From Limisphaerales bacterium (lineage in GTDB: Bacteria > Verrucomicrobiota > Verrucomicrobiia > Limisphaerales > UBA11358): DNA of 46,126 bases. The stretch covers positions 1-46,126 of the forward strand of contig DAIDJC010000001.1 of NCBI GenBank assembly GCA_027451565.1. The letters run 5' to 3'. Below the pieces are notes generated by a model. That model was given only the letters and a program-made list of their open reading frames with translations. It had not been told where the DNA came from and made no database searches. Positions 7,955-18,955 of this stretch are shown here, one piece after another (position 1 is the first letter of the stretch; each line of letters starts with the position of its first letter). The position numbers were made by a program, and so were the translations under genes.

Positions 7955-9448
7955 TCAACCTCGTATCTTTGGGGCCATGCCAGCCGGCGCGGACTCACTC
8001 GCGCGGATTTTATGCTGGATTTGTTGAGTGCTTTCTATGGGAGCCTGGTAACCCCCTCCCAAGGCCTTGATCAAGTGAACTGCAGCGATGAGTTGGAGGG
8101 TTTCGAGGTGGATTGCATCGGTTTGCGCCTCTATTTCGTTTAGTTGTGCAGGTTGGGCGGCTAGTTCATTCACCAAACCATGATTCCAGCGCTCAGTCCA
8201 AAGCAGGCTTTCATGACAGGCGGATTTCACTTTTTGCTCCTGGGCGGCCCATTGCTTCTCGAAGTTGTGCGAATCCTCCAGTGCGTCGGATACATCCCTG
8301 AATGCCTTCAAAACCTGCTCTTGATAGAGGCTCAGGCTGGCCTGATAATCAGCCTTGGCTCCCTTAAGGCTGGCTCTCAAGCGTCCGCCATTGAGCAAGG
8401 GCAGGCTCACACTGGGGCCTGCCTGAAAAAACTGGCTTTGCCAGGTTACAAGACTTTCCGGGAAAAACGTGGAATAACCAGCCCCAGCCACAAGGTCAAT
8501 GGAAGGAAAAAAGTCCGCCGTGGCCATTCCTTCCCTGGCACAGGATGCGGCAAGTTTCCGTTCAGCCGATTCCACATCCGGGCGGCGTTCCAAAAGTGTG
8601 GAAGGCAAAGCCACTGGAACCAGGGGCAGGGTGGGGTTCCACTTTGCCACGGGCACCTGAAAGCCAGGGCTCGGTTGTCCGCAGAGCAGCGCAATTGCAT
8701 GCTGGAAATCGGTGCGTTGCCTTTCTTCCTCCTCAAGGGTCTTTTGCCCCGATTCCAGCTCTTGTTGTGCTGTTTCCCATTCAAGGTCCGAGGTCAACCC
8801 GCTTCTGTAGCGGATTTGCATGATGTGTTCCCGGACTGCCAGAATGGAAACCTTCTGCCGTTGAAATTCCAATTCGCTGTCTTTTTCCCGAAGTTGAAAA
8901 TAATTCACCGCCACATCACCCTGCAGCATGAGGCGTATGGCGGCGTAATCTGCCGCAGTGGCCTGTGCCTGTGCCAGCGCATTTTCGAGGCTGTGCCTCA
9001 CTCTTCCCCATAAATCCACCTCGTATTCCAGGTCCAGCGGGATGGTGTAGGCCGTGGCCGTGAGTTCCGGTGGAACCTGGTCCGCTGCCAGATGGAGGCT
9101 GGTGATGGATGGATCCAGTGTGAGTTGTGGAAACAATCGGGACCCTGCCACGCGGGCCATTGCCCGGGATTGATCCACATGCGAGACGGCTTCCTTCAAC
9201 GTGGGATTGGCTTTTTGCACCTCGCTTTCCAGTTGGTCCAGTTCCGGATCCTTGAATAAATCCCACCATTCACCGGGTAGGACGCCGCTTTGGATTCCGA
9301 GTCCCTGGTTGTCCCAATTTGCGGGCGTTGTTACATCGGGCTTGTGGTACACCGGCCCGGTTTCGCAACCTGTAAGCAACAGTGCTGTGCAGATTGCCGG
9401 GATGGCCGCAGTCCTGGCTGCGCCCCATGGGCTGCTTTTCTTATTCAT
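7955..9448 (-). CDS. Efflux outer-membrane factor lipoprotein, NodT family
   Basis: Lipobox LLLTGC followed by ETGPVYHKPDVTTPANW, the classic NodT N-terminus. 497 aa with two OEP repeats. Overlaps the upstream HlyD gene by 8 bp. Confidence 0.9.
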   Translation of the reverse strand: MNKKSSPWGAARTAAIPAICTALLLTGCETGPVYHKPDVTTPANWDNQGLGIQSGVLPGEWWDLFKDPELDQLESEVQKANPTLKEAVSHVDQSRAMARVAGSRLFPQLTLDPSITSLHLAADQVPPELTATAYTIPLDLEYEVDLWGRVRHSLENALAQAQATAADYAAIRLMLQGDVAVNYFQLREKDSELEFQRQKVSILAVREHIMQIRYRSGLTSDLEWETAQQELESGQKTLEEEERQRTDFQHAIALLCGQPSPGFQVPVAKWNPTLPLVPVALPSTLLERRPDVESAERKLAASCAREGMATADFFPSIDLVAGAGYSTFFPESLVTWQSQFFQAGPSVSLPLLNGGRLRASLKGAKADYQASLSLYQEQVLKAFRDVSDALEDSHNFEKQWAAQEQKVKSACHESLLWTERWNHGLVNELAAQPAQLNEIEAQTDAIHLETLQLIAAVHLIKALGGGYQAPIESTQQIQHKIRASESAPAGMAPKIRG

Positions 9449-10340
9449 GCAATTTTCGGGGTTGAATCACCACCGTGCAGGTCATTCCCGCAGCCAGCGT
9501 CAAATCCTGGGGAACATGGTCAATATGTATCCGCACTGGAATGCGCTGGGCCAGCCGCACCCAGTAAAACACAGGGTTTACCTTTTGCATTCCTTGCGTA
9601 TCCGCCTCACCGTTGGAATCCGCAATTCCTCGGCAGATGCTTTCAACGTGCCCCCGAATGGTTTCGCTCATTCCCATCAACTCTATTTCTGCGCTGTCGC
9701 CCTCGTGTATTCGCGGGATTTTCGTTTCCTCAAAATAGCCCGAAATCCAAAAGGAATCGCTGTCAATAACCGATAATTTGGTCTGGCCGATGGTTGCAAA
9801 ATCACCCACGCGAAGGCGGAGGTTGTTCACGTAGCCATTGACGGGCGAGCGGATGACAGTCCGGTCCAAGTTCAATCGGGCCAGGTTCCACTGGGCCCGG
9901 GCCTCGGCATAAGCCGCTTGCGCGGTGGCGGCGGCGCTTTGGGAGGTTTGTTGTTCCTCCCGTGAAATGGCCTCGGTATCCAGACCCTGGCGTCTTTGCG
10001 CCAGGGTCTGGCTGATGAGCATTTCCTGCCTGCGTGCCTCCATCAATCCCGCCGCCTTGTCCACGTCCAGCTTGAATTCATAGGGGTCAATGGTGAAAAG
10101 AATGTCGCCCTTGTGAACGTACTGGTTTTCCACCACGGGAATTTCCTGCACCTTGCCATAGACTTCAGCCGCCGCGTTCACGGTTTCCGCCCGAACCCGC
10201 CCATCCCGCGTCCAAGGAGTGAGAAGGTAATACCTCCATACCATCCAGGCCACTAGGACTGCCAGGCAAAGTACAAACAGGGTGTTGGCCAGCCGGCCCA
10301 ACCAACCTTCGTCCAAGCTGAATTTCCGGACAGGAATCAT
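9441..10340 (-). CDS. HlyD-family membrane fusion protein (AaeA-like)
   Basis: Single N-terminal TM, then biotinyl-lipoyl-like segments (VNAAAEVYGKVQEIPVVENQYVHKGDILFTID...VIRSPVNGYVNNLRLRVGDF) and a coiled-coil. ATGA overlap with the upstream DUF1656 gene. Confidence 0.88.
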   Translation of the reverse strand: MIPVRKFSLDEGWLGRLANTLFVLCLAVLVAWMVWRYYLLTPWTRDGRVRAETVNAAAEVYGKVQEIPVVENQYVHKGDILFTIDPYEFKLDVDKAAGLMEARRQEMLISQTLAQRRQGLDTEAISREEQQTSQSAAATAQAAYAEARAQWNLARLNLDRTVIRSPVNGYVNNLRLRVGDFATIGQTKLSVIDSDSFWISGYFEETKIPRIHEGDSAEIELMGMSETIRGHVESICRGIADSNGEADTQGMQKVNPVFYWVRLAQRIPVRIHIDHVPQDLTLAAGMTCTVVIQPRKLHE

Positions 10341-10534
10341 AAAATAATGATGGTGACGCCCAAAAGAATGACAAATACCGCCAGCTCAAACACGGGGCGG
10401 TTCCAAACGTGACGTTGGAGACGTATCCGGTCCCAGTTCCAGTGGATGGGCACATACAGTGCCGCGGCCAACACCAGGTGACCAAGCAGCGGCGGGAGAT
10501 ACACTCCGCAAAAATCAATTTCCTTAAGCATCAT
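10337..10534 (-). CDS. DUF1656 / AaeX-like small membrane protein
   Basis: 65 aa with two TM segments. Its position between the FUSC and HlyD genes matches aaeX in the E. coli aaeXAB operon. Confidence 0.7.
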   Translation of the reverse strand: MMLKEIDFCGVYLPPLLGHLVLAAALYVPIHWNWDRIRLQRHVWNRPVFELAVFVILLGVTIIIL

Positions 10535-10647
10535 TCAACGGCGTTTGGTTGCCTTACCTTCGGGCCGCCCGCCATGCCAGAGCAGGGGATGTGTGCTGGC
10601 TGTGCCGGATTTCATGTTTTTCCTTGGTGTTTTGCGGGAGTCCGGGT

Positions 10648-12672
10648 TTAAGCGGTCTTTGTGCGAAGCGTGGTCTCAAGCAGCCTGCTCATTTCGCGGA
10701 GATCAGCCAGCAGCCCGACTCTGGACGGAGTCCAGGCACTGCCGGTTTTCAGCCTCTCCTCCATCCAATGGCATGCCGAATGAATATAAATGGCTGCCAC
10801 CCCGGGGTTCCGCAACAGGTTCCGGGATTCCAGCAGTACCCCTGCAGCCACCCCGGCATCCTCGCTTGTCAGCCCGCTCTCGCTCATTCGCAAGGTCAAA
10901 CGGCGTTGCACCAATCCAAACTGCAAACTGCTGAGCAGTTCGTCCTCCACGGATTCCAAGTTGGAACCGGATTCCCCACCCCGTTGAAGGAGGTTGATGC
11001 GGTCGAAAATCCGGCTGATCCATGTCTGGGCGGGTTTCCTGCGAAAATGTTGGGGATGGGGATTCGCCAATTCTCTCCTCACAGTCCAAAGGATCCAGAA
11101 CTTACGCAACTGCCGGCCCGGAACCGGTATCGCGTGAAAGGCAAAAAATCCCAAGGCTGCCGATGTCAAAAGCGCCAGTCCGTTGTTTAAAAAACCGGAA
11201 ATGTCATAATTCATTTCGTTGGCAGGCATGGAAAGGGCGTAAAAGATCAACATCGAGATCACCGCGCTTCCAAGGAGCCGTGGATTCCGATAGGCGTAGG
11301 CGGCTGGAATCAAAAACAGGCCCAAGACGAGCGCCAGATGTAAAAACCCCTCGTTGGCCTGGAATAGCCGAAAGGTTTCCACGTAGGCCATGATGGTGCA
11401 AAAAACGATGCTTTTAATGAAGGACCAGCCGAGCTGCGGTGCGGATTCCGCCAATGACAGCAATGAGCAAACCACAGCCATGAACAGGATGAACATGGCT
11501 CCGCTGGGCCATTCCGTCAAAGCCCAGATTATCCCGCTCGCGCTCATGGCCGCCAGTACACGGATTCCGTGCACCACAGCCCCGGGCCAATCCTCGTGGC
11601 CATCCAGTTTGATGTGTCTGGGGGCTGTCCAGGTTCCCGTGATTCCCCTCCAGTCGTGTATAATCTGATTTAAATCTCCAAGAATTTCGTCCATCCGCTC
11701 CAACATAAATTGGTTGTTCACGCCATCAGGGGACTTTGCATTGCCAACCATGCCGGCTTTGACCGCATTTCTGAGTTCATTGATTTTTTGAAGGGCAAGT
11801 CCCAAATCGGATGTGTCCGGGTCGTTCCGGGATAAAAAGGCGGTTTGGTCCAGCAATTCGCGGATTTTCGCCAGCAATTTCATGACAAAGGGGGCCAATT
11901 GATTTTGGCCTTCGACCGCCAGATGTATTTCAATCGCTTGGGCGTGTGCCAGCATGCTGAGCAGGTCGGCCACCAAACTTCGCGCAGGGGCGGAGTGGTG
12001 CCTTGCCTCGGCGGATTCAGCGGTGGTGCGGCTCAAGGCTCGCTCCAGGGTGAGAAGCCGTCCGGTCAAATGCCGCCAGTCTCCGTGGGAAGACAACCGG
12101 GTCCCTTGGAGTAGGCACTGGGCGGTATATTTCATGGTTTCCAAACAGTTTTCCTGGAGACCCTGTCTCACCCCGTGCCAGTGTTTGTGGACAGGCAGCA
12201 GCAAAAAAATGAAGGTCACGGCGCTGGCCATCCCCACGGCGATGCAGGCGACCCGTGACAGAGCCGTTTGAATGACGGCGTCCGGTTGGTCCACCGCGGA
12301 TAAAGCCACAATGGCGGAGGTGTAACCCGCAAGGACCAGGCCGTAGGATTGATAGCTGCGGGCCAGCCGGGACCCGGCAGCGCAAAGACCGAGCCATAGG
12401 AACAGCAAAGGTAAGCCCGCCTCAGACATCTGGTTGAACAGAACCATGAAAAGCATTCCGACCAGGGCGCCGGACAGCGTGCCAAATCCCCACCAGAAAA
12501 TTTTGGAATAGTTCAGGCGCGGATCCTGCATGAAGACGATCCAAACGGTGATGGCGGACCACTGGGCTGGTTCCAATTGTATGAAAAATGAAACCAGCAA
12601 TGCCAGAGACGAGGCCAGCCACAGAGCAATCGCGTATCGAAAGGAGTGCGTGTGAAACAAGGATGTTCTCAT
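10648..12672 (-). CDS. FUSC-family (fusaric acid resistance / AaeB-like) efflux permease
   Basis: 674 aa with two hydrophobic multi-TM blocks separated by a long helical cytoplasmic region. This is the duplicated FUSC architecture, and the operon context includes DUF1656, HlyD and NodT genes. Confidence 0.82.
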   Translation of the reverse strand: MRTSLFHTHSFRYAIALWLASSLALLVSFFIQLEPAQWSAITVWIVFMQDPRLNYSKIFWWGFGTLSGALVGMLFMVLFNQMSEAGLPLLFLWLGLCAAGSRLARSYQSYGLVLAGYTSAIVALSAVDQPDAVIQTALSRVACIAVGMASAVTFIFLLLPVHKHWHGVRQGLQENCLETMKYTAQCLLQGTRLSSHGDWRHLTGRLLTLERALSRTTAESAEARHHSAPARSLVADLLSMLAHAQAIEIHLAVEGQNQLAPFVMKLLAKIRELLDQTAFLSRNDPDTSDLGLALQKINELRNAVKAGMVGNAKSPDGVNNQFMLERMDEILGDLNQIIHDWRGITGTWTAPRHIKLDGHEDWPGAVVHGIRVLAAMSASGIIWALTEWPSGAMFILFMAVVCSLLSLAESAPQLGWSFIKSIVFCTIMAYVETFRLFQANEGFLHLALVLGLFLIPAAYAYRNPRLLGSAVISMLIFYALSMPANEMNYDISGFLNNGLALLTSAALGFFAFHAIPVPGRQLRKFWILWTVRRELANPHPQHFRRKPAQTWISRIFDRINLLQRGGESGSNLESVEDELLSSLQFGLVQRRLTLRMSESGLTSEDAGVAAGVLLESRNLLRNPGVAAIYIHSACHWMEERLKTGSAWTPSRVGLLADLREMSRLLETTLRTKTA

Positions 12673-12838
12673 GGAAGGAATGGTTCCCGCTGCTTTTACT
12701 CAGTGGAGTTTGAACCGGATTTGTCAGGTCAATCGTGAGCCATGAGCGGCTTTTTTCCGTTCCCGCGCCATTTTCTGGCGGTCAAAACCCATCTTCATGG
12801 GATCCAGTTTAACCCGGGATTCCGGCCCTGCTAATCAT

Positions 12839-12853
12839 ATCATAAAATATGGT
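12839..12853. promoter_or_regulatory. Candidate LysR-type (ATC-N9-GGT, T-N11-A) operator in the divergent intergenic region
   Basis: ATCATAAAATATGGT is an imperfect dyad (ATCATA-N3-TATGGT) between the divergently transcribed LysR gene and the FUSC operon. Confidence 0.3.
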
Positions 12854-12884
12854 ATTACATTATGTTATTTCTTAGACTGTGTTC

Positions 12885-13814
12885 ATGTTGGATTACCGAT
12901 TGCAGGTCTTTCGAAAAGTGGCTGAATTGCAAAGCATCACCAGGGCGGCGCGTGCGCTCCACCTATCCCAGCCGGCTGTCACCCGTCATGTTCGGCTTCT
13001 GGAGGAAAACCTGCGCGTTCCACTCTTCATCCGGGAACCTCATGGCATGCGCATGACAAATGCCGGCCTGGTTTATCTCCAGCACGTCCAGCAAATGGCA
13101 CAGGCCCACGAGAACATGGCGCAGCATCTTCAAGCCGCCACCGGCGTCACCTCGGGCTGCTTGCGACTGGGGAGCAACAAAACCCTCCTTGCCTTCGTAC
13201 TGCCCGAGCGGCTGGCCAGCTTTAAACAACTTTTTCCGTCTGTCCAATGCGACGTTCTGGATGGCAACACCGAAACCATCATAGGCGCTTTGCTTGATCA
13301 GCGCATTGATCTGGCCCTGATTGAGGGACCCTGCCAGCGCCCTGAAATTCAAACCATCCCTTTTTTGGAGGATGAAATCATTTGGATCGCCTCCCCCAAT
13401 TCTCCCCTTGCCAAAATCCAGCGCCCCAGCGCCGAAACCATCCTAGCCCAGCCATTGATTGTTCGAGAAATCGGGGCCGGCAGCCGTCAATTCATGGAGA
13501 ATCATCTCCAGCACCTCAAATTCGCGCCCGCCCGCTTGAATCTCCTCCAGGAAATCCCCAGCCCGGAAGCAATCAAACGTCTTGTGGCTACTGGATTGGG
13601 CATTGGCTATGTATTCAGAATCAGTGTCCAGGCAGAACTAGCCTCTGGAAAGCTGGTCCAGTTGAATTGTCCCAAGTTGACCTTGCGCAAGTCTTTTTCA
13701 CTCCTCTATCCACAAGGACCACAACCCATGGGTTTGCGCCAGGCTTTCATTCAAGTACTCATGCAATCTGGCAAGCCGCATCCGGCCACTAAACACCCGA
13801 TCAAACTCCCATGA
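12885..13814 (+). CDS. LysR-family transcriptional regulator (AaeR-like by context)
   Basis: N-terminal HTH: MLDYRLQVFRKVAELQSITRAARALHLSQPAVTRHVRLLEENL. LysR substrate-binding domain follows. Divergent from the efflux operon. The track start is a GTG at 12879. Confidence 0.9.
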   Translation: MLDYRLQVFRKVAELQSITRAARALHLSQPAVTRHVRLLEENLRVPLFIREPHGMRMTNAGLVYLQHVQQMAQAHENMAQHLQAATGVTSGCLRLGSNKTLLAFVLPERLASFKQLFPSVQCDVLDGNTETIIGALLDQRIDLALIEGPCQRPEIQTIPFLEDEIIWIASPNSPLAKIQRPSAETILAQPLIVREIGAGSRQFMENHLQHLKFAPARLNLLQEIPSPEAIKRLVATGLGIGYVFRISVQAELASGKLVQLNCPKLTLRKSFSLLYPQGPQPMGLRQAFIQVLMQSGKPHPATKHPIKLP

Positions 13815-13900
13815 TCCGCCCGTAGGTTGCCGGTCCGCCGGTTCGCGTCTGTCGTGGAGAATTATCACTTTCGCGCCGGCCAAGCATCCGGCATCATTGC

Positions 13901-14653
13901 ATGATGTATCTGGGCAAAAAAATTGTCGTGGTCATGCCCGCCTATAATGCGGCCAAAACAGTGACCATGACGGTGGACGAGGTTCTTCAGCAACAAATCG
14001 TGGATGAAATCATACTGGTGGATGACCGCAGCAGGGATGACACGGTACAGGTGGCGTCTTCTCTTCTTGGGGTCAGGGTTCATGTCCATGAAAAAAACAC
14101 CGGCTACGGAGGGAATCAAAAGACCTGCTATAGGCTTGCTTTGGATGCCGGGGCAGACGTCGTCATCATGGTGCATCCGGATTATCAATACACCCCCAAG
14201 TTGATACCGGCCATGGCCTCCATTATTGCCAACGGATTGCATCCTTGTGTGTTGGCTAGTCGCATTCTTGGAGGTTATTCTCTTCGCGGGGGCATGCCCA
14301 TGTGGAAGTATCTCGCGAACCGTTTCCTTACCGCATCGGAAAACATCCTTCTTGGCTCAAAATTGTCCGAGTTCCATACTGGATATCGGGCTTTTTCCCG
14401 GGAATTGCTATTGAAATTGGACCTTTCATCCAATTCAAACGACTTTGTTTTCGATAACCAAATGATCGCTCAAATACTGTGGGCTGGCTTTACCATTGGC
14501 GAGGTGAGTTGTCCCACCAAGTATTTTAAGGAGGCTTCTTCCATCAATTTTACTCGAAGTGTCAAATACGGAATCGGTTGCCTTGGGGTCGGCGTGACCT
14601 TTCGCCTCGCCAAATGGGGGTTAATGCGGCCCAGGTTGTTTTATTCTCGTTGA
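13901..14653 (+). CDS. Family 2 glycosyltransferase
   Basis: IVVVMPAYNAAKTV...LVDDRSRDDT...DADVVIMVHPD carries the GT-A fold signature (DxD-type) of GT2 enzymes. Confidence 0.85.
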   Translation: MMYLGKKIVVVMPAYNAAKTVTMTVDEVLQQQIVDEIILVDDRSRDDTVQVASSLLGVRVHVHEKNTGYGGNQKTCYRLALDAGADVVIMVHPDYQYTPKLIPAMASIIANGLHPCVLASRILGGYSLRGGMPMWKYLANRFLTASENILLGSKLSEFHTGYRAFSRELLLKLDLSSNSNDFVFDNQMIAQILWAGFTIGEVSCPTKYFKEASSINFTRSVKYGIGCLGVGVTFRLAKWGLMRPRLFYSR

Positions 14654-15074
14654 ATCCAGCATGTCCGAAAATTTTTGAAAGTTTAGGCTGAAGATTTTTA
14701 CCCGGAAATTCAGGATAATAATCAGGAAGCTTGATATGCTTGGTCTTGGTCTGACTGCCACAGAATGGGAATGCCCCCATTTGTCAGCCTCATCAGAAGC
14801 AAAATTCCAACCTGTGGGCTGATGCTCCGGTTCGATAACCTTCCAATTGAATGGACTGGAAAAACCAGGCTTGAAAACTGGTGAAAATTGGAATTTGCTA
14901 ATGCCTTTCGAGTCCCAATTGGACAGGAAGGAATTCTTTTTGAACCGGAATGGAAGCCAGAATTGAAAAACCAGACTCAACCCGGACTGTTACGGGGTAA
15001 AACTGGAATGCGGCCAACGGCGCTTGCCTTTTGGAACCAGAGGGGCAAGGGCCTGCCTGATTCAAGGCCGGCGT

Positions 15075-15344
15075 TTACTTTGATGGCACCCGAGTGAGTG
15101 TCAGGGCCAGACGAGATTTTTTTCGGTTGGCCGTCGGGCGTTTTACTGCACCAAATTTGACCGCTTTGTCAAAGGCAGAATGGACCGCAGGCAGCAGCTT
15201 GACCGCCTCGTCTTTCTTTCCAGAGGCCAAAGTGGCCCGAAATTCCCGTTCGACCCGGCGCAATTTGGACACAATGCTCCGGTTATGTTGCTGTTTGCGG
15301 GCGCTGTTGCGCATCCGCCGCTCTGCTGACTTGGTGTTAGGCAT
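15075..15344 (-). CDS. rpsT: 30S ribosomal protein S20
   Basis: MPNTKSAERRMRNSARKQQHNRSIVSKLRRVEREFR is a typical S20 N-terminus; 89 aa. Confidence 0.93.
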   Translation of the reverse strand: MPNTKSAERRMRNSARKQQHNRSIVSKLRRVEREFRATLASGKKDEAVKLLPAVHSAFDKAVKFGAVKRPTANRKKSRLALTLTRVPSK

Positions 15345-15369
15345 AGTTTCGTTTTAGCGAAAGATGGCT

Positions 15370-15397
15370 AGAATACCGAAATGAGAGAGCTTGTCAA
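15370..15397 (-). promoter_or_regulatory. Candidate sigma-70 promoter for rpsT (TTGACA-16 nt-TATTCT)
   Basis: The reverse strand reads TTGACAagctctctcatttcggTATTCT, ending about 25 nt upstream of the rpsT ATG. Confidence 0.35.
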
Positions 15398-15674
15398 CGT
15401 CAAACAAAACAAAAAAACGCAAAAATAAAAATACCTACCCCCCTGTTGCCGATGGTTTTTGCAAAAGGCAAGTGGGATGGATTCAATGAATTGCGAACTT
15501 TCATGAAAAACTGGCTTTCATTCTTGGTTCGCCTTTGGCCCTGGTCTTGCTATATTCGGCTCTGCCGCATGCATCTGCCGCAGGTATCGTGTCAGATCGT
15601 CCACTCTTGGGGGTGGACCATTTCGGCCATGGGAGAAACAGGGGCGAAACAAAATTGAAGCGTCCATTGAGAGA

Positions 15675-18600
15675 ATGAACCAAAAAATCCACATTCTGCA
15701 CATCGAGGATGACCCGGCAGATACATTGCTCGTTCGCGATCTGTTTGCGGAGCGCGATGCATCAGTGGCCATAAAGTCCGTGGCCAGAAAGGGCGAATTT
15801 CTTCAGGCTTTGCATGAAAGGAAATGGGATTTGATCATATCCGATTATCGGATGCAGGATTTTAACGGTCTGGACGCTCTGAAGCTGGTGCGGGAAAGCT
15901 TTCCCATCATGCCTTTTATTCTGCTCACGGGTAATATTGGGGAGCAGGCCGCCATAGAGACACTGCGTGCTGGCGCCACGGATTATGTACTGAAGTCGGC
16001 GAGGGACCGTCTAATTCCAGCTGTTCGCCGGGCCATCAACGAGGCTGCCGAGCGCAGCCGCCTCTTGGAGGCTGAGTCCACACTCCGGCGCAGCGAACAG
16101 CAATACCGGCTCCTTTTCCACAGCAATCCCCATCCAATGCTGATTTTTGACCTTGAAAACCTTGGCATCCTGGAGGTCAATGAGTCTGCCATCCAGCATT
16201 ATGGTTTCTCGCGTGATGAGTTTCTGGCCATGACGCTCACGCAGCTTCGCGCCACTGACCCGGCCTTTGCGCCGAAGGCTCCCGTTTGGGATGTGCATTC
16301 CAAGTGTCTTATATGGCAGCATCGGCATAAAAACGGCGAGGTCATGGATATGGAGGTGGTATGGTCGCCGCTCACCTTTGAAGGGCGTCTCGCCGCTTTG
16401 ACCATGACCACCGATGTCACGGCCCGGCGCCGGGTGACCCACCGCAATGAGCGGTTTGGCCGACTCAGCCGGCAGCTCAGCGCCGCCACCACTGCCTCGG
16501 GGGCTGCCATGTTCATTTGTGAGGCGGCTGATTCCCTCCTGAATTGGGATGATTTCTCCCTAGACCTGTACTTCGAGGAAAAAGATGAAGTGACGTCCCT
16601 GCTCACCATCACGACGGTAAATGGCCGCAGGGTGGAAATCCCCGCATCCAGGCAGTCGCGCATTTCGAACACGCTGGTTCAACGCGTTATCGCCCGCGGA
16701 GCCGAACTGGTGTCTGCTTGGGAAACAGGTGATGTTTCCGGATCCACCATGATAGCGCCCATCCGAATGGGGGCCAAGGTCATCGGCATGTTATTTGTGC
16801 ATCGCAGTAAATCCCATGGGTACGGTGACCAGGATTTGGAAACCCTCCAAAGCTTGGCGGACCAGTGCGGGGCTGCGCTGGATCGGGCCCGGGCCGAGGA
16901 AAACCTGCGGCACAGTCAGCAGCGGTTTTACCAACTTTTTGAAAATTCACCGGACGCCATTCTTGTGGAAGACTTCAATGGGGTCATACTGGATGTCAAC
17001 CCCAGCGCATGCACGCTTTATGAATTGACCCGGGAACAATTGCTGGGCAAAAACGCCGTGGAGGACATGGCTCCCTTGGAGCGCAGGGAAGAAGCCCGCC
17101 GCAACTTTCAGCGGCTGGCGAGCGGCCAAATTTCATGGATTGAAGACGAATGGCTCAGCGCCAGCGGACGGCCTGTGCCGGTCGAGGCCCGCGTGGTGCA
17201 CATCGAATTTGATGGAAAGCCTGCCATGCTGTTTCAGGTCCGTGATGTCAGCGAGCGCCATGCCGCCGAGGCTGCCTTGCGCAGCTCTGAAACCCTGTTT
17301 CGCTCGGTTTGGGAAAACTCCCTGGACGGAATGCGCCTAACCGATGAAAACGGCTTGACTGTGGCTGTGAACCAGTCTTTTTGCCGACTGGTGAACCTGA
17401 CCCAGCGTGAGTTGGAGGGCAAAGGATTTCATGTCATTTTTCTTCAGGATGACGAGGCTCTGAAGCTGAGCCGGGCCTACCGCGAGGCTTTCCTTGCCGG
17501 CACCCTCGAAAGCCAGGGCGAACGCGAACTGCTCCTGCATGATGGACGCAAGGTGATTTTTGATGTTGCCGAGTCCTACGTGAAAACCGATGGCCAGCCA
17601 AGGCTTCTCCTCAGCCTCTTTCGGGATGTCACCCGCCAAAAGCGCCTGGAGGATCAGTTGAGGCAATCCCAAAAAATGGAGGCGATTGGACAATTGGCCG
17701 GGGGAGTGGCCCACGATTTTAATAATATCCTGACCGTTATTCTGGGCCATGCCAGCCTCTTGGCATCATCCCCGCTGGATGCCAGGTCCAAATCGTCTGC
17801 CACCCAGATCAAGCAGGCTTCCGAGCGTGCCGCAGGTCTTACACGACAGCTTCTTGCTTTTGGACGCAAGCAAATTGCGAACACGCGTTCATTGGACCTG
17901 AACCGGGTCATCGGCGACATGAATGAAATGCTGACCCGCCTGCTGGGTGAGGATATTGCATTACAATTGCGCTTCAGCCCAGGCCCGGCCATGGTGCAGG
18001 CGGATTCCAGCATGCTGGAACAGGTCATCATGAACCTGTCCGTCAATTCCCGGGACGCCATGCCCAAGGGCGGGTCGCTGGCGATAGGAGTAAGTCTTTG
18101 CCAGATTGAAGCCGCGCCGGGCCGGGCTCCCGCTGAATCGGTTCCTGGCCGGTTTGTCTGCCTCACGCATTCTGATAATGGCATGGGTATTCCCGCCGAA
18201 AATATTCCCCGCATTTTTGAGCCGTTCTTTACCACCAAGGAACTGGGCAAGGGAACTGGCCTGGGCCTCGCCACCGTTTATGGCATTGTCAAACAACACA
18301 AAGGCTGGGTGGAGGTGGAAAGCGATTTGGGCAAAGGCACCACTTTCCGAATTTATATCCCCGAAACTCAACAGAAAGCCGACGCCAACCAGCCATCCCT
18401 GGCGCCAGAGCGGGCTCCGGATGGTTCCGAAACGATTCTGGTGGTGGAAGATGAGCGTGACCTTCGTGAATTAATCACCCGCACTCTTATCCGCCATGGT
18501 TACCGCGTTTTTCAGGCGGTCAATGGCGCCAATGCCCTGGAAATTTGGAAGGAATACCAAAATGAAATCAACCTGCTTTTTACCGATGTCATCATGCCCG

Positions 18601-18803
18601 GAGGCTTGAATGGCAGGGAATTGGCTGAATTGCTCCTCAAGGACAAGCCAGCCCTCAAGGTGATTTACTCCACAGGTTACAGTGCTGATGCCCTCGGCAA
18701 GGATTTTTGCCTCGATCCCCTGCGCAATTACCTGCCCAAACCTTACCTTCCCGATGACCTGGCAAGACTCATCAGGAGAAGATTGGATGAACCTCAGGCA
18801 TGA
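15675..18803 (+). CDS. Hybrid sensor histidine kinase / response regulator (REC, PAS and GAF-like region, HisKA, HATPase_c, REC)
   Basis: N-terminal receiver: [10 protein letters not shown]...[14 protein letters not shown]. Several PAS-like blocks. H-box [17 protein letters not shown]1 SDNGMGIP, G2 [10 protein letters not shown]-terminal receiver: [10 protein letters not shown]...[14 protein letters not shown]. Confidence 0.9.
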   Translation: MNQKIHILHIEDDPADTLLVRDLFAERDASVAIKSVARKGEFLQALHERKWDLIISDYRMQDFNGLDALKLVRESFPIMPFILLTGNIGEQAAIETLRAGATDYVLKSARDRLIPAVRRAINEAAERSRLLEAESTLRRSEQQYRLLFHSNPHPMLIFDLENLGILEVNESAIQHYGFSRDEFLAMTLTQLRATDPAFAPKAPVWDVHSKCLIWQHRHKNGEVMDMEVVWSPLTFEGRLAALTMTTDVTARRRVTHRNERFGRLSRQLSAATTASGAAMFICEAADSLLNWDDFSLDLYFEEKDEVTSLLTITTVNGRRVEIPASRQSRISNTLVQRVIARGAELVSAWETGDVSGSTMIAPIRMGAKVIGMLFVHRSKSHGYGDQDLETLQSLADQCGAALDRARAEENLRHSQQRFYQLFENSPDAILVEDFNGVILDVNPSACTLYELTREQLLGKNAVEDMAPLERREEARRNFQRLASGQISWIEDEWLSASGRPVPVEARVVHIEFDGKPAMLFQVRDVSERHAAEAALRSSETLFRSVWENSLDGMRLTDENGLTVAVNQSFCRLVNLTQRELEGKGFHVIFLQDDEALKLSRAYREAFLAGTLESQGERELLLHDGRKVIFDVAESYVKTDGQPRLLLSLFRDVTRQKRLEDQLRQSQKMEAIGQLAGGVAHDFNNILTVILGHASLLASSPLDARSKSSATQIKQASERAAGLTRQLLAFGRKQIANTRSLDLNRVIGDMNEMLTRLLGEDIALQLRFSPGPAMVQADSSMLEQVIMNLSVNSRDAMPKGGSLAIGVSLCQIEAAPGRAPAESVPGRFVCLTHSDNGMGIPAENIPRIFEPFFTTKELGKGTGLGLATVYGIVKQHKGWVEVESDLGKGTTFRIYIPETQQKADANQPSLAPERAPDGSETILVVEDERDLRELITRTLIRHGYRVFQAVNGANALEIWKEYQNEINLLFTDVIMPGGLNGRELAELLLKDKPALKVIYSTGYSADALGKDFCLDPLRNYLPKPYLPDDLARLIRRRLDEPQA

Positions 18804-18955
18804 GAAGGCTGCAAGGCTGAAAACAGAGGCAGCTACCAGGGTGCTTGCTGCAAAGCCTCTTTCAACCGTCTTGAATCACCGCCATCTCTACATTTCTAAT
18901 TTTCAACGTTTATAATCACCTTTTCTTTGCGTGGAATTTACGTTTAATTTATCCC

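Noticed and set aside
14621-14980. 119-aa minus-strand ORF in the GT2/rpsT gap as a real protein gene
   Set aside because: Odd Phe/Ser/Trp-rich composition and overlap with the GT2 3' end, with no recognisable domain. I kept the locus as a finding because of its repeat structure but do not call a CDS.
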